Shown: positions 27,901 through 37,056, numbered from the stretch's first letter. The stretch is DNA of 64,000 bases from Candidatus Latescibacterota bacterium (GCA_965215195.1 CBDCDC010000002.1:1728001-1792000), one strand, 5' to 3'. Notes: a model not told the origin generated them from the letters alone. Numbers and translations are program-made.

Positions 27901-28147
27901 GCGCGAATTCGTCAACCGCGTCCAGAACATGCGCAAAGACGCCGGCTTAGCTGTCGCCGACCGCATCCGCGTCTGGGTGCGAGGTGCGGCCGCTTTGGAG
28001 GAAGCGGTGCAGCAGCACGGCCCGTACATCGCCGCTGAGACTCTAGCGCTGGCCCTCCACACCGGGGAACTGCCCCCAGAGGTGCTCTTGCGGCAGGAGC
28101 GACAGGTCAACGGCCATACCGGCACCATTGCCATTGCCAGAGCCTAG
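24986..28147 (+). CDS. ileS: Isoleucyl-tRNA synthetase, type 2
   Basis: DGPPFATGLPHYGH, GWDCHGLP, WTTTPWT, DQTRGWF, KLSKR. Confidence 0.97.
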   Translation: MNMTPQTPFAPVPSQVDFPAQERCILEFWRTGDLYRKSVDARSVERPFRFYDGPPFATGLPHYGHLLASITKDVVPRYWTMRGFRVERRWGWDCHGLPVENEAEQQLGLRSRRDILAYGVAQFNEACRDLVLRYTAEWQRLIERLGRWVDWDNQYRTMDPDFMESVWWVFKSLWDKGLVYEGYKSLAYCPRCATPLSNFEVNQGYQDTQDPSITVRFRVVGQPRLSLLAWTTTPWTLPANMGLAVGRDIDYVRVTTRDGEQLILAASLVESLFLRRDSEIAEVAPVAVEDLVGLRYEPLFSYFADHAEEGAFRVVTADFVSTDDGTGIVHIAPGFGEDDYQLGLAEGLPVVCPIDADCCFTDELPDFAGTFVKDADTPIIRRLRTSGQLFSEGSIEHAYPFCWRCDSPLIYRTISTWFVKIEGEVKEKMLAANQQIWWIPEHIRNGRFGKGVESAPDWAVSRNRYWGTPLPIWRNEETGEAVCVGSREELCELAGRDIDDLHKHFIDDFEIPAPSGNGSLRRVPEVLDCWFESGSMPYAQSHYPFGQREDFAASFPADFISENLDQTRGWFYTLTILAAALFDKPAFHNCIVGGMLLAADGRKLSKRLKNYPDPAEMLDTYGADALRLYLLNSPAMKAEEMRLTQEGIKQSLRDVIIPLWNAYSFFVTYATIDGWRPDAGRAQTLNHRLDRWILSELQTLLRELNAEMEAYRLYRTVPAMVAFIEKLTNWYIRRSRRRFWKSEDDQDKEAAYDTLYRVLVTFIKALAPVLPFITEIIYQNLVRRVDAEAPESVHLCDMPQADEHLRDTALEQQMDLATRAVVLGRSLRSKHQLKVRQPLRHLWLLPPNGHTHHGLAQMTDLLADELNVKEVVLVEDETEFSEVSYRPDFRALGPRFGKRMPEVAARIQALTSAEVHLLESGGQLSVAGGAIGLADIAVQRREKEGVVAALDNNLGVGLDIQLDDELIAECTAREFVNRVQNMRKDAGLAVADRIRVWVRGAAALEEAVQQHGPYIAAETLALALHTGELPPEVLLRQERQVNGHTGTIAIARA

Positions 28148-28182
28148 TACAAACGGACGACGCGAAGAGAGGCAAAAATCGA

Positions 28183-28587
28183 ATGCAAGACAAACCCAAA
28201 CAGATGGACCAGGAACACCTCGATTTTTTTAAGAAATTGCTCCTCAAAAAAATCGCCCAGACCTCGGACGACGTCGAAGCTATCGAAAACACCGCGCGCA
28301 ACGACGCCCGGGAAATGGCCTCCGAGGACCGCTCAACCTACTCGCTGCACATGGCCGACCACGGAACCGACGCTATGGAGCGAGAGAAATCCCTGCTCCT
28401 CGCCCAGCGCGGGGGCGCTTACATCGACTACTTAAACGAGGCCCTGCAACGCATTGAGGACGGCACCTTTGGCATCTGCCGCACCTGCAAGGGGCCAATC
28501 GGCCGCGGCCGCCTAGAGGCCGTACCCACCGCCACCCAGTGCATTAGCTGCAAATCCAAGCGCGAGGAGGCGTCGGACTTAGAGTGA
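28183..28587 (+). CDS. TraR/DksA family zinc-finger regulator
   Basis: HMADHGTD; CxxC..RLEAVP..CISCK. Confidence 0.9.
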   Translation: MQDKPKQMDQEHLDFFKKLLLKKIAQTSDDVEAIENTARNDAREMASEDRSTYSLHMADHGTDAMEREKSLLLAQRGGAYIDYLNEALQRIEDGTFGICRTCKGPIGRGRLEAVPTATQCISCKSKREEASDLE

Positions 28588-29048
28588 CCTTCCTGTGGAT
28601 CATACCGCTGGCCGTGGCCATCGATCAAGCTAGCAAACTCATCGTCCGCGGCGCCATGGCCCTGTACCAGTCCGAGCCTGTGCTGGGCGACTTTTTCCGC
28701 CTGACCTACATCCACAACCCGGGCGCGGCCTTCGGCCTGAACGTGGGCAGCCCGCTGCTGCACACCGTCTTCTCGATCCTCGCACTCGGCATCCTCGTGT
28801 ACCTCTATCGCTCGCTCGCGGCAAACGAGCGGCTCTTGCGCTTAGCCCTCTGCCTAGTACTAGGCGGTGCCGTGGGCAACATCATCGACCGTCTGTACTT
28901 GGGGGAAGTGGTGGATTTTTTCGACTTCGGCTTCGGGAATTTGCGCTGGCCGATCTTCAACTTTGCCGATTCGTTCGTCACCGTCGGCGTATTGCTCTTG
29001 GTCTTGGGCTACTCGCGCCGCGAAAAAGCCCCGGCCGCCCCCGACTAA
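28584..29048 (+). CDS. lspA: Signal peptidase II
   Basis: DQASK, NPGAAF, GAVGNIIDR, VVDF, FNFAD. Confidence 0.95.
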   Translation: MTFLWIIPLAVAIDQASKLIVRGAMALYQSEPVLGDFFRLTYIHNPGAAFGLNVGSPLLHTVFSILALGILVYLYRSLAANERLLRLALCLVLGGAVGNIIDRLYLGEVVDFFDFGFGNLRWPIFNFADSFVTVGVLLLVLGYSRREKAPAAPD

Positions 29049-29052
29049 TGCC

Positions 29053-30030
29053 ATGCACCTCGCCGTTGCCGCCGCGGCCCCCGAGCGGCTCGATCTCTTT
29101 CTGCGCCACCGCTGTCCCCAGCTTTCGCGCAACCGCATCCAAGCGCTGATCAAGTCCGGGGCGATTCGCGTCAATGGTGTGCAGACGCGCCCGGCGTACT
29201 TGGTCCAGCCCGGGGACGAGATCGCCATCGAGCTGCCCGTGCCCGCGCCGACAGCCGCGCACCCCGAGCCGCTACCCCTATCCATCGCGTACGAAGACGA
29301 CGACCTGCTAGTCGTGAACAAGGCGGCCGGCATGACCGTGCATCCGGCTCCGGGCGCGACCGAGGGAACCCTCGTCAACGCGCTGTTGCACTACTGCCGC
29401 GATCTGTCGGGCATCAACGGCGCACTCCGACCGGGGATCGTCCACCGGCTCGACAAGGAAACCAGCGGCTTGCTGCTAGTAGCCAAGCGCGACGCCATCC
29501 ATCGGACGCTGGCCGCAAAATTCCAAGCGCACCAGATCGAACGCCGCTACGTATCCTTGGTGTGGGGCGTCTTGCGCGGGCAAGGCGGGCGGATCGAAGC
29601 ACCGATCGGGCGCCATCCCAAAAACCGCAAGAAGATGGCCGCAGTCGAGGGCGGGCGGGATGCGGCGACCAATTTCAGCGTCGTCGAGCACTGTCCTTTT
29701 ACAACCGTGGTCGAATGCCAGCTAGAAACCGGACGCACACACCAGATTCGCGTACATCTGGCCCATATCGGCCATCCGGTCTTCGGCGACCGAGTGTACG
29801 GAGGCCGCGACCAAGCGCGGGGCATCCGCCCGGAATACCAGCGTCAAGCCAAGTGGATGCTAACCCTGATCAAACGCCAAGCCCTGCACGCAAAGGAGTT
29901 GCGCTTTGCGCATCCGACCACCGGAGAGACGATGGAGTTTACCGCGCCGCTGCCAGAGGATTTGCGGGCCGTATTAAAGGCAGCGCGGATGGAGGTCGCG
30001 GCCGAAGCGAATAGTACGCGACGACTATAG
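29053..30030 (+). CDS. rluD: RluA/RluD family pseudouridine synthase
   Basis: S4 domain; HRLDKETSG; TGRTHQIR. Confidence 0.92.
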   Translation: MHLAVAAAAPERLDLFLRHRCPQLSRNRIQALIKSGAIRVNGVQTRPAYLVQPGDEIAIELPVPAPTAAHPEPLPLSIAYEDDDLLVVNKAAGMTVHPAPGATEGTLVNALLHYCRDLSGINGALRPGIVHRLDKETSGLLLVAKRDAIHRTLAAKFQAHQIERRYVSLVWGVLRGQGGRIEAPIGRHPKNRKKMAAVEGGRDAATNFSVVEHCPFTTVVECQLETGRTHQIRVHLAHIGHPVFGDRVYGGRDQARGIRPEYQRQAKWMLTLIKRQALHAKELRFAHPTTGETMEFTAPLPEDLRAVLKAARMEVAAEANSTRRL

Positions 30031-30053
30031 ACAACCGACGAGGAGGACGACCT

Positions 30054-30227
30054 GTGGACTTTCGGGTCAATGACGACGAGATGCTCGCCCTTATCGCACG
30101 GGGATACCATACCTTCCACCCCTCAATCGACGCGGAGATACACCGAGCGGTTTGTGCGCAGACCCGCACCGCCTTTGTCCAAGGCAAAAATCCCGGCAAC
30201 GCCATCTACGAACTCGGATTGAACTAA
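30054..30227 (+). pseudogene. Truncated N-terminus of a PhyH-like dioxygenase (57 aa)
   Basis: gaggagg RBS; VDFRVNDDEMLALIARGY..IHRAV..NPGNAI resembles PhyH N-termini and stops early. Confidence 0.45.
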
Positions 30228-30254
30228 AAGGAAAAAGCCATGCATGAGCTAGAA

Positions 30255-30990
30255 ATCGCAGGCGTTCACAGCAGCGGTGTCGAGGCCGTTGCGAGCACTT
30301 CGCTGGCCCATTTACTCCCCCGCCCCGATAAAGAAAAAGCAAAGCTAGCCGAACAGTTTTAAGGCCCCGATTAGGCCCCACGTCGCTACGTGCAGGGCAA
30401 TGACCCACCGCAAGAGCTCTTTGCGCGTGCCGTCAATGGCTTGACGGTTGGCGTCAATTTTCGTTTCCAGCTCTTTGCGCGCACCGTCAATGGCTTGGCG
30501 GTTAGCGTCGATCTTCGTTTCCAGCGACTCCTGCGTCGCATCGATCTTCGTTTCCAGCTCTTTGCGCGTACCGTCAATCGCTTGACGGTTGGCGTCGATC
30601 CTCGTTTCCAGCTCTTTGCGCGTGCCGTCAATGGCTTGGCGGTTAGCGTCGATCTTCGTTTCCAGCTCTTTGCGCGTACCGTCAATAGCTTGGCGGTTAG
30701 CGTCGATCTTCGTTTCAATGCGGCCCAGCCGCACGTCGATTTGCTCGACAATGCCCTCTAACCGGGCGATGCGCCCCTCGTGGTCTAACGGATACGGACG
30801 CTCTGGCGGCGGATGGAACTCACTCACGATCCGACCTCCTGTTTGGTAAAGCGTGAACAGCGCGAACCCCCCCACCGGATATTTGCAAAATCCATGCCAC
30901 GGCGGCCGGGCAGTGGGGAAGACGGGGCCGTGCGGGTCAGACTGTATCGGGCACAACCCATCCATGACACCTTTAGGGAGCACCCCAAAA
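30255..30990. repeat. Direct repeat copy 1 (coiled-coil gene cassette with flanks)
   Basis: Near-identical to 31969..32906 apart from internal repeat number. Confidence 0.9.
30345..30827 (-). CDS. KID-repeat coiled-coil protein with C-terminal membrane anchor (DUF1640/Bdr-like), 160 aa
   Basis: aggagg RBS + GTG; IDANRQAIDGTRKELETK repeats; hydrophobic tail. Confidence 0.8.
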   Translation of the reverse strand: MSEFHPPPERPYPLDHEGRIARLEGIVEQIDVRLGRIETKIDANRQAIDGTRKELETKIDANRQAIDGTRKELETRIDANRQAIDGTRKELETKIDATQESLETKIDANRQAIDGARKELETKIDANRQAIDGTRKELLRWVIALHVATWGLIGALKLFG

Positions 30991-31117
30991 AGGGTAATGC
31001 GTCAGGTTGAAAATTTCAATCCCTTGGTAAAGAGACAAAACATCCAAAAAAAATAGGCTCCTTACGCCGCCTGTCGGAATTGACGCGGTGCAAGCATGAC
31101 AGCAGATTCATAATGTC

Positions 31118-31363
31118 ATGCCTGCTACTCAGATTACTCTTCGCAATGTCGATCCCGAACTCTCGCGGCGGCTTCGCGCTGTCAGCGCGGAACGCGGCGA
31201 GAGCCTGAATAGCACCGTGTTGCGCCTCCTGAAAGACGCGGTCGGCTTGGATGCGCGTCGCGACCGCCTGCGCCGATACGTCACATGGACGGCCGACGAC
31301 TTCTCGGAGTTTACCGACGCGCTACGGGCGCAGCGAGTCGTCGATGAACGGTACTGGCAGTGA
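31118..31363 (+). CDS. Ribbon-helix-helix antitoxin (FitA/Arc-like)
   Basis: QITLRNVDPEL..SLN; overlaps the PIN gene. Confidence 0.8.
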   Translation: MPATQITLRNVDPELSRRLRAVSAERGESLNSTVLRLLKDAVGLDARRDRLRRYVTWTADDFSEFTDALRAQRVVDERYWQ

Positions 31364-31770
31364 ACTCGACCGATCGACTTGTCCTCGATACCAGTGCGTA
31401 CTCACACCTGCGTACCGGACATCCTCAAGTGATTGACTATGTGGCGGACGCACCAGTAGTCGTCATGCCGGTTACGGTACTCGGAGAGATCGAAGCGGGA
31501 TTTGAGTTGGGGAGCCGCGTACAGGAGAATCGACGCGCCCTCGCCGAATTCCTCAATGAGCCATTTGTCAGCGTGTTGGACAGCACTTCCGAAACCGTTC
31601 GGCACTATGCCCGAATCTTCGTGGCGTTGCGTCGAGCCGGCACACCAATCCCTATGAACGATGTGTGGATTGCAGCAGCGACGATGGAATGCCGTGGATG
31701 CCTGTTGACCTTCGATAGCGACTATCGCCACGTCGCAGAACTCGACTACACGTTGCTCGACGCGCCTTGA
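31360..31770 (+). CDS. vapC: PIN-domain toxin
   Basis: LDTSAY, GEI, NDVWIAA, LLTFD. Confidence 0.9.
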   Translation: MNSTDRLVLDTSAYSHLRTGHPQVIDYVADAPVVVMPVTVLGEIEAGFELGSRVQENRRALAEFLNEPFVSVLDSTSETVRHYARIFVALRRAGTPIPMNDVWIAAATMECRGCLLTFDSDYRHVAELDYTLLDAP

Positions 31771-31776
31771 CCGCCG

Positions 31777-31975
31777 TTGTTTAAAGCAGCGACCCCTTTT
31801 CTTTTTTTAGCGCATCTCGCGACCCACTATGTCGGCTACCTGCCACCGCGGGCAGCCTACGCCCGCGGCGGACACGAAGCCAATGCAGACGTTACCTACT
31901 GGGCCAAAGTCGCCCCCGGCAGCCTCGAAACGGTAGTCGAACAGGCGCGGACGCTGGTACAAGAGCTGATCGCAG
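31777..31975 (+). pseudogene. C-terminal gene fragment (resembles neutral ceramidase-like proteins)
   Basis: YVGYLPPRAAYARGGHEA..VAPGSLE; no N-terminus or RBS. Confidence 0.4.
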
Positions 31976-32906
31976 GCGTTCACAGCAGCGGTGTCGAGGC
32001 CGTTGCGAGCACTTTGCCGGCCCATTTACTCCCCCGTCCCGATAGAGAAAAAGCAAAGCTAGCTAGCCGAACAGCTTTAAGGCCCCGATTAGGCCCCACG
32101 TCGCTACGTGCAGGGCAATGACCCACCGCAAGAGCTCTTTGCGCGTGCCGTCAATGGCTTGACGGTTAGCGTCGATCTTCGTTTCCAGCTCTTTGCGCGT
32201 GCCGTCAATGGCTTGGCGGTTGGCGCCGATCTCCGTTCCCAGCGACTCCTGCGTTGCATTGATCTTCGTTTCCAGCTCTTTGCGCGTGTCGTCAATGGCT
32301 TGACGGTTAGCATCGATCTTCGTCGCCAGCTCTTTGCGCGTACCGTCAATGACTTGACGGTTAGCGTCGATCTTCGTCGCCAGCTCTTTGCGCGTACCGT
32401 CAATGACTTGGCGGTTAGCGTCGATCTTCGTCGCCAGCTCTTTGCGCGTACCGTCAATGGCTTGGCGGTTGGCGTCGATCTCCGTTTCCAGCGACTCCTG
32501 CGTCGCGTCGATCTTCGTTTCCAGCTCTTTGCGTGTGCCGTCAATGGCTTGACGGTTGGCGTCGATCTTCGTCGCCAGCTCTTTGCGCGTACCGTCAATG
32601 GCTTGGCGGTTGGCGTCGATCTTCGTTTCAATGCGGCCCAGCCGCACGTCAATTTGCTCGACAATGCCCTCTAACCGGGCGATGCGCCCCTCGTGGTCTA
32701 ACGGATACGGACGCTCTGGCGACGGATGGTGCTCACTCACGATCCGACCTCCTGTTTGGTAAAGCGTGAACAGCGCGAAACCCCCACCCACCGGATATTT
32801 GCAAAATCCATGCCACGGCCGCAGGGCAGTGGGGAGGACGGGGCCGTGCGGGTCAGACTGTATCGGGCACAACCCATCCATGACACCTTTAGGGAGCACC
32901 CCAAAA
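31969..32906. repeat. Direct repeat copy 2
   Basis: Matches 30255..30990. Confidence 0.9.
32063..32740 (-). CDS. KID-repeat coiled-coil membrane-anchored protein, 225 aa paralog
   Basis: Same head and anchor as 30345..30827, with 65 more residues of repeat. Confidence 0.8.
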   Translation of the reverse strand: MSEHHPSPERPYPLDHEGRIARLEGIVEQIDVRLGRIETKIDANRQAIDGTRKELATKIDANRQAIDGTRKELETKIDATQESLETEIDANRQAIDGTRKELATKIDANRQVIDGTRKELATKIDANRQVIDGTRKELATKIDANRQAIDDTRKELETKINATQESLGTEIGANRQAIDGTRKELETKIDANRQAIDGTRKELLRWVIALHVATWGLIGALKLFG

Positions 32907-32992
32907 ATCGGTCATGCCTGTACGCGCCGCCCTAAGGTGTTTGCCGCGGGCGAGCACTTCAGTCAGCATCGGACCGAGACCGGCGAGATTCA

Positions 32993-33718
32993 CTACTCCC
33001 CTTCCTCGTCCCCGTACGAGTGCCCGCCGAAAATGGCCCGCAGTTCGGCCGCGGATGTGGCTTGGCGCATCTGGGCCATGCGCTCGGCCTCGTGTTTTTG
33101 CAGGGCGCGGACGTTTTCCAAGACAGCGCTGAGCTTGTCAGCGGGGAATTTTACTGCGCCGTTTTCGTCCATGTGGACGATCTCGCCGGGGGCCACGTCC
33201 ATGCCGGCGACCGAGACCGGGACATTGACCGCGTGGACAGCTTGGGCACCGTGACCAGCGGTGACGCCGCTGAGCAAATACTGGAACTTCATCGGGCGAA
33301 TCTCGTCGATGTCGCGCGAGGGGCCGTTGGAAATCGCCCCGACGCAGCCAATGGCCTGCATGGCAGTGGTCATGTTGCCGCCGGCTAGACCGACCTTGCC
33401 CTCAATTTCGGGCGGAAACTTCTGCTGGAAGACCAAGATCGTCGGCTTGGGCGAGGCGTCGAGGGCGTCGAGAACGTCCATGAAGCTAACGCCGTTGTAA
33501 TTAGGATCAGGCAGGCCATAGGTGCAGGTGACCGCGTAGCCGACCGTAGGGCCGAGCTCGGGATACATGCAGCGCAGGGATTGGTCGGTGTACCAGTTTT
33601 CGCTCCAAGGATTGTATAGCCCCAAGCACAAGGGGTCGCCCGGATAGGTGGCAACGACGTTGGTGATCGAAGGTGTGTCGAAATTTTTCAGCTCGGCGAG
33701 CATTTCTTCTTCGGTCAT
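32993..33718 (-). CDS. RraA/HMG aldolase family protein
   Basis: FDTPSITN, VGYAVT, GPSRD, PGEIVHMDENG. Confidence 0.85.
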   Translation of the reverse strand: MTEEEMLAELKNFDTPSITNVVATYPGDPLCLGLYNPWSENWYTDQSLRCMYPELGPTVGYAVTCTYGLPDPNYNGVSFMDVLDALDASPKPTILVFQQKFPPEIEGKVGLAGGNMTTAMQAIGCVGAISNGPSRDIDEIRPMKFQYLLSGVTAGHGAQAVHAVNVPVSVAGMDVAPGEIVHMDENGAVKFPADKLSAVLENVRALQKHEAERMAQMRQATSAAELRAIFGGHSYGDEEGE

Positions 33719-33748
33719 TACAGGCTCCTGAGTGGGTAATGGGAAAGG

Positions 33749-34144
33749 TCAATCCGCGTCCGTCGCGTTTTTCCGTCGCGCATGGTAGAGCAGATTACAT
33801 ACGAGGAACATAGCGAGTATGGTCAAATACGCGCCTATTGTGCCGATCTCTTTCTCGAGAATGGCCATCACACCATTGAGGAGGATGAACGCTGCACAGT
33901 ACAGCGCAAGGACATGCCACCACTTAAAATGCCAACGGGTCATGGCACTTCCTCCTTGCGTCGTCGCTTTCTTCTTTAACGCCTGATAAAACAAACTAGC
34001 AGCTACGAAGAACATAGCGAGGACGGTCAAATAGGCCCCTATTGTGCCGATCTCTTTCTCAGTAATGGCCGTCACAGCATTGATGAAGATCAGCGCACCA
34101 TACAGTGCGAAAAAATGCCACCACTTAAAATGCCAACGGGTCAT
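33749..34144 (-). CDS. Small membrane protein made of two tandem copies
   Basis: MTRWHFKWWH..EKEIGTIGAYLT occurs twice; lower GC. Confidence 0.65.
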   Translation of the reverse strand: MTRWHFKWWHFFALYGALIFINAVTAITEKEIGTIGAYLTVLAMFFVAASLFYQALKKKATTQGGSAMTRWHFKWWHVLALYCAAFILLNGVMAILEKEIGTIGAYLTILAMFLVCNLLYHARRKNATDAD

Positions 34145-34252
34145 GGCACTCGCTCCTTATTCATCGCCATCCTGAATGATTTGAACGGTTCGAGATGCGG
34201 CTCGTCTTGGCAATGATTTAGGATTGCTAGTAGTTCCAATGTGCGTTCCTCG

Positions 34253-35065
34253 TCAATGCTGATCGCGGCGCGGCAGAATCGGCTGATTTTTCAACTCGCG
34301 GATTAGCTCTACAAGCCCCTCGGTCGCCGCTGCTAAAAACTTTTCGCCTTTTTCCCGACTGGCTTTGGTCGCGTCGCCCACCACGCCGCTGGCCGTCTGC
34401 TGGCTCCAGTAGGGTATCAGCCGTGCGCCCGATCCCTCGGGATGTGCGCCGGCCAACAGGTCAGTGCGGAAGCTCGGCGACAGGGGCGAGCGCTCGTCAA
34501 CGGCTTTGTCCATTTCCACCAGCTCCGGCTTGAGCGCGAGATAGAGCGAGGTCTCGTATTCGCCGGCGTGCGAAGTGCCGCCGTAGGACGAGTCGCGCAA
34601 TTGGTTGCCCGCGGTCTTGGCGCGGCGCAGATCCCAGTGATTGACCGCGGCGCAGAGGATCTGGCCCTCGTATTCGAGGACCGTGAGGCGGGCCGCTAGG
34701 TCGAGCGGCGAGGTATTGGAGCCGTGGCCATTGACGATGAGGATGCGCTCAAAGCCGTGGTGGGCCAAGCTGCAACACACGTCCTTGACGTAGCGGATAA
34801 AGGTGTCCCAAGTAATGGTCAGGGTGCCGTGGAAATCCATGTGGTGCGGACTGTAGCCATGAGTGACGGGCGGGGCGAGCACGGCTTCTTGCGGGATGCG
34901 GGCGACGGCGCGCTCGCATATCCCGTGGCACAGCACCACGTCCGTATCCACCGGCAGATGCGGGCCGTGATCTTCGTGAGTGGCAACGGGCAGCACGGCG
35001 ACGCGGCCCGCAGCAGCGGCGTCTCGGGTCTCGTTCCAAATCATTTCGGCATAGCGGTATTTCAC
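34253..35065 (-). CDS. Creatininase family protein
   Basis: EDHGPHLPVDTD, SPHH, NGHG, HAGEYETS. Confidence 0.9.
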   Translation of the reverse strand: MKYRYAEMIWNETRDAAAAGRVAVLPVATHEDHGPHLPVDTDVVLCHGICERAVARIPQEAVLAPPVTHGYSPHHMDFHGTLTITWDTFIRYVKDVCCSLAHHGFERILIVNGHGSNTSPLDLAARLTVLEYEGQILCAAVNHWDLRRAKTAGNQLRDSSYGGTSHAGEYETSLYLALKPELVEMDKAVDERSPLSPSFRTDLLAGAHPEGSGARLIPYWSQQTASGVVGDATKASREKGEKFLAAATEGLVELIRELKNQPILPRRDQH

Positions 35066-35229
35066 AGCGATTCGCTCCTTCACAATAGAGTCAGCGCACG
35101 AGAACGCGGGAAGAAATACGCAATTCGCGCAGCAGAGGCAAGTTGCCATTCCTCGACAGCTTTGGGCATCCCTTCTATATTTTGGCAGGGGCAACTGTAC
35201 TCGCAACTTAACCAAAGGAACAGCAATAC

Positions 35230-36324
35230 ATGGGTCGCAAAATACGCCTCGGTGTGCTCTGCGGCGGGCGCTCGGCCGAGCACGAGGTCTCGGTGATTTC
35301 GGCGCGCTCAATGTTGGAGGCCATCGACAAGGACAAGTACGAGGTGGTGATGATCGGCATCTCCAAAGAGGGGCGCTGGCTGTCCGCAACGGACACCCAG
35401 CAACTTCTGGCGTCCAGTCAGGTCGAAGAGGATGGGCTAACGCCGGTGGTGCTGGACTATCTGGGGACGCGCACGCTCGTGGCACAGGGAGGCGATTGGC
35501 AAGACCAAGCCCTCGACGTAATCTTCCCGCTCTTGCACGGCCCGTACGGCGAGGACGGCACCGTGCAGGGCCTGATGGAGCTGGCCAACATAGCGTATGT
35601 CGGGGCCGGGGTCGTCGGCTCAGCCGTGGGCATGGACAAGGAGATGATGAAGCGGGCCTTCAAGGCCGAGGGGTTGCCGCAGGTGGACTATCAAGTAGTG
35701 CGGCGCAGCCGTTGGGAAAAGGACCGCGCCGGGGTGCAGGCCGAGATCGAAGCTGTGCGGGCCTATCCCGTCTTCGTCAAGCCGGTGAGTCTTGGTTCGA
35801 GCGTCGGGGTGAGCAAGGCCCGCGATGGTGCCGAGTTGGAGCAGGCCATCAACCAAGCAGCGCAATACGATTACAAGATATTGGTCGAGGCCGAAGCGAG
35901 CGGCTGCCGCGAGGTCGAGGTGGCGATCTTGGGCAACGAGTCGCCAGAAGCATCCGTGGCCGGCGAGATCGTGCCGGGGAATGAGTTTTACGACTACAAC
36001 GCCAAATACATCGACGACAATTCCGACCTGATCATCCCGGCGCGCATCTCGCCAGCCACCCAAGAGGCCGTGCGCGAAATGGGCATCCGAGCCTTTCAGG
36101 CGGTGGAAGCTTGGGGGTTGGCGCGGGTGGACTTTTTTGTGCGCGAAAGCGACGAGGCTATTTTTGTTAGCGAGATCAACACCATGCCGGGATTTACGCC
36201 CATCAGCATGTATCCCAAGCTGTGGGAAGCGAGCGGCGTGAGCTACGGCGCGTTGATCGACCGGTTGGTCCAGTTGGGGATCGAGCGGCACGAAGACAAG
36301 CAGAAGACGAAGACAGCGCGGTAA
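35230..36324 (+). CDS. ddl: D-alanine--D-alanine ligase
   Basis: GGRSAEHEVS, LHGPYGEDG, GSSVG, YDYNAKY, EINTMPG. Confidence 0.96.
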   Translation: MGRKIRLGVLCGGRSAEHEVSVISARSMLEAIDKDKYEVVMIGISKEGRWLSATDTQQLLASSQVEEDGLTPVVLDYLGTRTLVAQGGDWQDQALDVIFPLLHGPYGEDGTVQGLMELANIAYVGAGVVGSAVGMDKEMMKRAFKAEGLPQVDYQVVRRSRWEKDRAGVQAEIEAVRAYPVFVKPVSLGSSVGVSKARDGAELEQAINQAAQYDYKILVEAEASGCREVEVAILGNESPEASVAGEIVPGNEFYDYNAKYIDDNSDLIIPARISPATQEAVREMGIRAFQAVEAWGLARVDFFVRESDEAIFVSEINTMPGFTPISMYPKLWEASGVSYGALIDRLVQLGIERHEDKQKTKTAR

Positions 36325-36330
36325 GCTTCT

Positions 36331-37038
36331 ATGAAAACAGCGCGTTGGGAAAAGGGCAACGTCAGCAACCTGATTTCGCTCGCCCTGTTGGCGGCGGGCC
36401 TCTGGGGGCGCGTTGAGGGGGTCGGCGGCAGCGAGTGGGTGCTGGCGGTTGGGTTGTTCGGCTTTGCCGGCGGGGCGACCAACTGGTTGGCGGTAAAGAT
36501 GCTCTTTGACCGAGTGCCCCTGCTGTACGGGTCGGGCGTGATTCCGGCGCGGTTTCGCGCCATTAGGGCAGCGGTCAAAGACGCCATCATGCGCTACTTT
36601 TTCGACGAAGAGTACCTAGAGCGATTCTGGGCCGAGCGGACGGCCGGCGAGGACGTCGGGGAAAAGGTGCAAGCGGTGTTAGCGTCCGATGAAGTTGACG
36701 CGATCATCGACCGCAAGCTGGAGGAATTGGCCGCATCGCCGCAGGGAATGATGATCCAGATGGTGGGGACGCAGACGGTCAAGCCGCTGGTTAAGCAGTT
36801 CGTGGTTGGGATCGGGAGCGAGATCGCGCCACTTTTGGCCGGCCGAGCCGGCACAGAAGTCAAAGCGCTGCGGGCGCAGGTTGACGAGCTACTGGAGACC
36901 AAGCTAGAGGAGCTGACGCCCGACCGAGTCAAGGAGATGATGGAGGAAGTAATCCGCGAGCACTTGGGCTGGCTGATCGTCTGGGGCAATGTGTTCGGCG
37001 GCACTATTGGACTCTTATCTAAAGCATTGGGATACTAA
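36331..37038 (+). CDS. DUF445 family membrane protein
   Basis: TNWLAVKMLF..GVIP; HLGWLIVWGNVFGG. Confidence 0.85.
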   Translation: MKTARWEKGNVSNLISLALLAAGLWGRVEGVGGSEWVLAVGLFGFAGGATNWLAVKMLFDRVPLLYGSGVIPARFRAIRAAVKDAIMRYFFDEEYLERFWAERTAGEDVGEKVQAVLASDEVDAIIDRKLEELAASPQGMMIQMVGTQTVKPLVKQFVVGIGSEIAPLLAGRAGTEVKALRAQVDELLETKLEELTPDRVKEMMEEVIREHLGWLIVWGNVFGGTIGLLSKALGY

Positions 37039-37056
37039 GTCTGGACCGACGAAATA

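Noticed and set aside
30828-30983. MLPKGVMD N-terminal extension in the ORF track
   Set aside because: The strong aggagg RBS points to the downstream GTG
30828-30990. TPP or cobalamin riboswitch in the cassette leader
   Set aside because: Has ggggtgc but no CUGAGA; the gggaag-like motif is on the wrong strand
30345-32740. 54-bp tandem repeats as a CRISPR array
   Set aside because: In-frame coding repeats with no unique spacers, and no cas genes
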